Position numbers and translations under genes: made by a program. From Lytechinus pictus (lineage: Eukaryota), in NCBI RefSeq assembly GCF_037042905.1, contig NC_087245.1, forward strand, positions 16,556,001-16,620,000: a DNA stretch of 64,000 bases, read 5' to 3'. Shown here one piece after another: positions 57,128 to 64,000 of this stretch. The notes under the pieces were generated by a model. That model saw only the letters and a program-made list of their open reading frames with translations. It was not told where the DNA came from and searched no databases. Position 1 is the first letter of the stretch; every line of letters begins with the position of its first letter.

Positions 57128-60100
57128 AGTCCCCAGGTAAATTCAAAAATTGTATTTGATGTATTTCATGTACAGTCTTCTTTTTCGAGTCTGTTGTAAG
57201 AATTAGTTTTCAATAGAATGAAGAATCACACTGCTCAAAATGCATTTTAATGTTTGTCTCATGTTTGACAACAATGTTCAGCTAAAACCATGTAGTAGTT
57301 TGAGTATAATTCTTAATTGACCATGCAGTGTTCCAACTTTAATACCCGATACCAAGTTCCAATACCCCGTATGGGGTGTATATGGTCTTGTTTAAGGTGG
57401 ATTTTTTTCAGTAACCATCATAGAGTTAAAGAATTTTGTGGGTACATTTAAAGCCCTTATACTTTAAGCTGATATATTGTTTCTTGAATAAAATTTATTT
57501 GGACTTTACAGCCATTTTCGTCAAAAATGTTCCAACTAACCCCAATCTCCCTGTGTGCTGATGATGTCATATCCCCACCTGTTCTTTTGTACTTTATGAA
57601 ATTAGGTTTATTCCAAAAATTTTCTACCAAGAACTAAAACAATTGAATTGACAACTGATTAAGTGCATTATTTATTTCTTGCTGCAACTATAATGGAGAT
57701 ACATGTACATCATTTACATGTACATGTACACATTTATGAAAAAATGCAATAATTATGATTTCATGTAATAACATAAGAAAAAGGAAAGTGGGGATGTGAC
57801 ATCATCAGCCCACCTAATGAATATTCATGAAGACATGCCTAGAACTGTTTCACTGGAATAATGCAAATCTGTAAAATTCAATAACTTCGTTATTTATTAT
57901 CCGATTTTGATGAAATTGTCAGCATTTTGCTCTGTGAATTTTACTCTATTATTATACTCAGAGTATCCCTTTAATCTTTATGAGGCTATTAAAGGATTAG
58001 GAAAGGTATTTAAAAATCAAAAATCATTCAAAAAGTGAGAAAAAAAATCAAGATTTTTTCCTGTTTCTGCCAGTTCATGGTAACAACGACAATTTGAACA
58101 ATAATTAAGCAATTTCACTTTGAAAAAGTATGAACATAGCTTTCATGCCTTACAGATGTCACGCATGGAGAGCCAGGTACTATACAATGCACTCAACTAA
58201 ATGAGATAATGGCTAATTATCACTCACAACACCGCACGTGATCTAATGTAGATGTAGATGTAGAAGTTCTAGATGAAAGCTAAAGGTACGTACATGTGTG
58301 GTTTATGTATACAAGTACTGTACATGTACCGTACATTGTGCATTGTGCATTTTAGTTTCCAAACAAAATGTTCAGTGTTTTAGTCATTTTCTACAAACAA
58401 TGGCTACATTCACTTCCACAGGCCGAATCTGGATAATATAACACGATTTTAATGATCTTTAATGGTACTCAAGAATCAACTATACATTACGGTACATAGG
58501 TTATACATTTGATTCAGTGATAGGTCAATACGCATTTTGGGGTCATCATCTCAGAGAAAAATCAGCATTGCATTGCGAACAGTGGTGTTATATTCACTGA
58601 GATGACATCTCTCACTGCTAATATGTTGCGTAATCAGGTAATTTGCTTGCTGTTCTTTTATTATGATTTGATGGATCAGACAAGAAATGCTTGTGTACAT
58701 GCACAAGCATTTCAATCATACCAAAAATCCATTGCAGAGTCTCTTAGTCTTTGTGAATCTAAATAAATATAATATTTTAGAAACAGATACTGCTTAGACT
58801 ATCTTTTAACATTTCAACTCCCTTCTGAAGACATATTTTCCCCTTGGAGGATTTTTTTCTTTCAGCGGTGTGCGCTCTGGACAAAATGTAATCCCTTGGA
58901 AAAAAAAATATTTCTGTGCATGGAGGAAATATTACAATGTAATTCATAGATCCTCTTGATGGGGACATATCACATTAATTATTTCATTGCAAATGATGTA
59001 TAATTCTAAACTTGTAATATTTCAATTCAACATAAAAAATGACAATGATGACAAAATAATCTGTCACTTTCTGCATTGACACCATTCACAACATGTATGA
59101 TTTTGAATTTGTAATAACAAACATCATGTCTATTCATTCCATAATATCAGATGCAACCCATAATTTCAATCAACTTGAAAATGCTGCAAGTTTAAATCAC
59201 AGCCTTCGCAATGCAAAAACTGCTAAGATGTTCTTTCTTATACATTATTACAGTATGTACACATCATTTTTAATTCCTACCTTTTTTCTCTTTGAACCTA
59301 ATCAAATCATCATATAATATGAGATTTTTTAGCCCCAGAACCATTTTAGATTAAAACTGCTCAAGGCAAGGCAAAACAGACAATGTATGGGAAAAGGCAA
59401 TGGGTTGCAGCATAATTTCATTTGGGTAAAAAAAGCGTATTTGACCATTAGGTAAAACTGCCCCACTCTGGGTATATTTCATCATGCCCCAAAAATGCTA
59501 TAACAAAATGATCATTTTTTTAATCTTAAAAGTGGAGGCCTACACAAGGCCTATTGAAGGCAATACATTTAAACACCGATGTATATACCGGTACATGTAA
59601 ATGTACATGTACAATGTAGCCTAAAAATAGACATAAATTACAGTTTTAGCCATCCATTACAGTATCTATATGTACATGTACATGTTAACCTGCACATGAA
59701 TCACTTATTAAAATGCAGATCACATTACAGTACATGTTAAACAGGTTATGGTTGCATTGATCAAAGCAATTCTCAAAACAATACACCATTATCAAAACCA
59801 GCCAATATGCTGTGCTCGTAAATTTTTTTCTGGGTTTTGAAAATTGGGTAGTGTATTATGTAGACTACATGTACACTTTACACTGTACATGTATTTGAAC
59901 CAGTTAATATACCTGAGTCTATAGTCTGAACAAAAAGTGAAAGAAGCTGAAATTTCGCAACACTCCAGCTAGGTAATCCCTTTCAAAGTGAAAGTTTATT
60001 GAACCTGTTAAAGTAGCTTCCCACTCACACAAACATCTATTACAATGATGGAAAGAAATCTATAAAGAATCCTGAACAGTCATTTCAATGTGATGATTTT

Positions 60101-63100
60101 GCTCAAAAAAGAGGGGGAAAATACATGTAGTATTTCCCATAGGGTTGTAAGTTATCAAGAAAAATAGCAAAATCATATCTAAACAAAGAGCTCAGAACGG
60201 TTAAAAATGCCTCCAAAATCAGTATGGTTGAGACTTGAGAGGTCTGAGAACAATGCCCTAAGATTATATTCAGCTTTACATCAAAATGAGAAATAAAGAC
60301 CAACACTTGTTTGAATTACATGTACATGTACTAGGTTGTACAGAAAGTGAAGTGAGGTTGTTGTTTTTTTATTGTACAATACCAGTTTTTTCCTAGTCAT
60401 CACGTTCTCTACGGTGTGAACTAGACGTACATGTAGATACCAAAGCAACTGTTCTGCAATCTGTATTTTCAGATAGTGACCCAAGAATGCTTACCGGTAA
60501 TGCTTTTATAAACTACACTAGCTGCATGTAACTATTTTTATCAAGTTTTTATACATGTATATTCTAGAATAAAATTTGCAGAAGGGCCAACGACCCCCCC
60601 CCCCCCCCATCCCGAAGTATTAAATGAGAATATACCTTCATTATAAAACCATCAGAATACATGATGAGTACACTGTAGATTTTAGCTACATGTACTGCAG
60701 CTGAATAGACTTTACCTAGATTACACAGTACGATCGATGCACTTGGAAGCATGAATCAGAATTGGGTGGAGCTGAAATCTACATACACCTGACCTACATA
60801 CATGTACTTGTACCAGCGTTTAATGAAGCATTCTCATAAACTGACACATCATCACAGCGACAGTTATTACTTTATTGCGCTGTAAAAATGAAATGAGTAA
60901 TAAAACTGCAGATGTGAAATGGAATGAAATTAAACGTGTCAAATCATTATTAAGTAGCATGTGGCATTACTCACATGCCTCCTTTTTTTCTAGCTGCTTT
61001 AATGGTGTAGATCAGGCAAATAGCCAGGGGACGGTGGGGGCAGTCGCCCCCCCCCCCAAAAAAAAAGGAAGGAGAAAAAGAAAAAGCGAAAGGAGAAAAG
61101 GGGAAGAAAGGTATAGCTTTGTTGTCTTAATTTTCCCTTCTTTTTTGCTTAATAAGATAATAAAAACCTAAACAAGACGTTCTTCTCTCTTCGTACAAAA
61201 TTTTGCTTCCGGGAAAAATATCCAAATTGCCATTCCCTTTTGTTTCCCACACCTTTTTTCTACTCTGTTTTTCCACTTCCCCGCTGTGGGAATCGTCTAA
61301 TCTTGCCAGAAATTATAAAGTATACATGTACATGGGTGTAAAGAGTATGACAAGTATTTTTTTCAAATATTGCATGCATTGACACAAAATTTTGGCTCTT
61401 CTGTTCAGAGCGGGTAAACAAATGCTAATTCTTCCGCTTTTCAGCAAGTAATTTTTGGCAAAGTATCTGCTCAAAGGGGGAGGCATTAAATTTGTGTAAG
61501 TATGTACGATATTAAACTTTATTCCATATCGCTGCACATCCATGTCTTGTTTTGCGCCATTGATTTGAAATTTTGAATATCACTGAAGTTTCTTAATCAA
61601 AAGGAAGCACTTAATATGAGCGAAATTACACATTTTTTTCTCAAAATAAATCACAGATGTTTCCGTACTTCGCGAGCATGTATGGAAAAGGAAAAGTCCC
61701 TCTTCTACATGTAGCTTGAATCATCCCTTTCACAATTTGAGCTCGTCTTTCTTCTTAATCGAGTTATATATAATCTAAAAAATATCAAAATTAGAACAGG
61801 TTAAAGTTTCAGATAATTTTTTTTATATTTAGAGCTTCAACGCCATTCGCGGGAAGGAATAGCACCTACATGTATTTACCCGTCTTCTCCTCTGTTTTGC
61901 GACTTGAGTTAACGAAATTCAATGTGGATACACTTTTTACAATCAAATCTGATGTGACCAAGTTAGGCATAATCATTTCTGTTCTCTATTTCTAAAAAAA
62001 AAATTAAGTTTCCACGCTTCGCGCCGTAAGAGGAATTATTTCAAATTCTTCAAGCTTTTCCCATTTTTGGGGCGCTCATAATCTATTACGAAACAATTTT
62101 GTTTTAATCATAGCAAGTCAATATTGAGTTGATAAGGGTACTAGAGACGCAAGAGACTCCTTCTTTTGATTTAAATTTGATGAGATATCGAAAACTTCGC
62201 GCTCCGCACAGGAGGGGGAAAACTCCCCCCTCCCTGCACCCTCCCCCTAGGGAGCACACTTCGCGCGCCCTGTAAGTGTTGGCATGCTTCGCGTGCACTT
62301 ACTGTCCCCTCCAAAATTGAATCCTGGCTCCGCGGTTGGAATGGATGAATGTGTATTTTTGTTTTCTTGAATTTAGGTCAACACAGGGAGATCCAAATGT
62401 GTGGTACATCTATTTTAATAGCATGTTATCTCGATCATCATGATAGATATGACGGAGCTTGTGATCTGACCAAAGTGAAACTACAATTGGATATTGTGGT
62501 TTGTAACCACATACATATAAATAATGTTTGACTCTTTCATCATCGACCCCCCAGGGAGAAAACATTATATGGGGGCTTGGGACAATTTAGCCCCCCCCCC
62601 CCCCGAAATAAAAAAGGATCCCAGGAAAAGCTTATCCAATAGCAGATTTAGGTAGTACAGTAAGTTGTGAAATGTAGCCCCTGAAAATAAAATATTAATT
62701 TTTTGCCTGCAAACTCCGAATGTGAAAACCTGTCAAGATCTCATTAATCCTTTCAATTACATACATGCAATTCAAACATAAAAAACAGGCCATTCATTCC
62801 TAGTTCTGTTTCTACATGTACAATGTACGATGGGGGGGGTCGGGTGTCCGGACACTTTATATTTTTGAAGCCTTCTTTTTTGTCTTTGGAAATTTACACT
62901 AAAAATATTAATTCAATAGTTATAATCATCTTCGATTTTGTTCTCTCTAATATTTCCTAACATTTTCTACTAAAAATTGATAAAACTTCGCTTGTAAATT
63001 TTTCCAAATGACTTTCTAAAATTGACCGTCCGCACACACAACCTGTCCGGACACACAACAACTGGGTATACAAGCACTAGCTGAGCTGTCTCTGTAAGAG

Positions 63101-64000
63101 ACTATAAAAATCTTTCAATGAATAGAATAATCCCCTGTCCTATTAGGTTGCTAATCCTCTATATCTGTTACTTTCATGCACGCTAGCCAGGTGATGATAT
63201 TCCCACCACCACCACCACAACAGAAAACATTGTTACAATGTCTGAAATGTGCACAAGAAGGAGAAGGCTGTTGCTGGAGAAAGTTCCACCAATTTAAAGC
63301 TCCTTGGTTCCACCATGGTTCCACATACAAATGATTACCATCACTTGATGAAGCTATCCAGATCACAACTTGTACCATGGCTTCATCATGGACCCTACCA
63401 TGGTTCATGGTACTACATGTAGTACAGTAGCTTTTCTTTTCCAGGCTGGGAGAGTTTATGACTGCTTTGAATACAGCAGAGCTTTTTGGCGAGACCACTT
63501 TTAAATGGAGCACAATTACATCTTAATTATGTAGGCCTATGTTACAGAATGGGGGGTTGTGAAATGAGCACAAACAAAATATCTAGGGCAAATGAGGACG
63601 GCCTTTAAAGGTCAAGTCCACCCCAGAAAATTTTTGATGTGAATAAATAGATAAAAATCACTAGCATAATTGTAATTGAGGTGCCAAAACGACTTTCAAT
63701 TTTGATACCAGTAGTTGTTTTGGCACCTCATAGGTCATCAGCAATCCTGTATGTATGAGACCTATCAATATTCACTAGTTATTTTCAGGTCCATTATCAA
63801 TGTGTGTACGAACACTGCAATGTACGGATACATGTAGGCCTACATGTACTGTACATGTACATACCAAAACTGCACTGAATCAAGGCTAAAAAAGATAATC
63901 TTATTTGTCCTTCAAACCAGGGATTAATACAATTGATTCATCTGGTACCCCCACCCCCCTCTGGTAGCCTTTCTCAGGGGCGGATCCAGCTTTCGCCAAT

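Noticed and set aside
61012..62340. Large hAT-like element bounded by poly-G/C motifs
   Set aside because: Plausible repeat, but I could not identify a matching TIR pair or TSD with confidence.
63151..63513. 120-aa ORF as a candidate upstream exon
   Set aside because: No LDLa, EGF or YWTD pattern, no signal peptide and no convincing donor.

Overview
AT-rich eukaryotic (metazoan) genomic DNA; the repeat families and poly-G/C tracts suggest an invertebrate deuterostome such as a sea urchin, which is inference only. The window holds one large minus-strand gene for an LRP2/megalin-like LDL-receptor-family endocytic receptor. I traced 38 coding exons by hand from 50800 down to the stop at 3502-3504, all with GT-AG sites and compatible phases (about 5456 nt, about 1817 aa). 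The architecture is 8 LDLa - EGF - EGF - YWTD propeller - EGF - 11 LDLa - EGF - EGF - YWTD propeller - short 4-Cys EGF - EGF - TM - tail with NPVY, YDNPGF and PPAY. No N-terminus or signal peptide is visible, and 50801-64000 has no recognisable exon. Introns are packed with non-autonomous elements (Mutator-, hAT-, piggyBac-, Harbinger- and Kolobok-like MITEs, tRNA-derived SINEs, a Helentron-like satellite carrier). Most notable: an RSKR furin-type site inserted in the last propeller, a tandem repeat that multiplies a splice donor, a SINE carrying two nested MITEs with intact TSDs, and a hammerhead-like motif. I found no evidence of a wholly new biological system.
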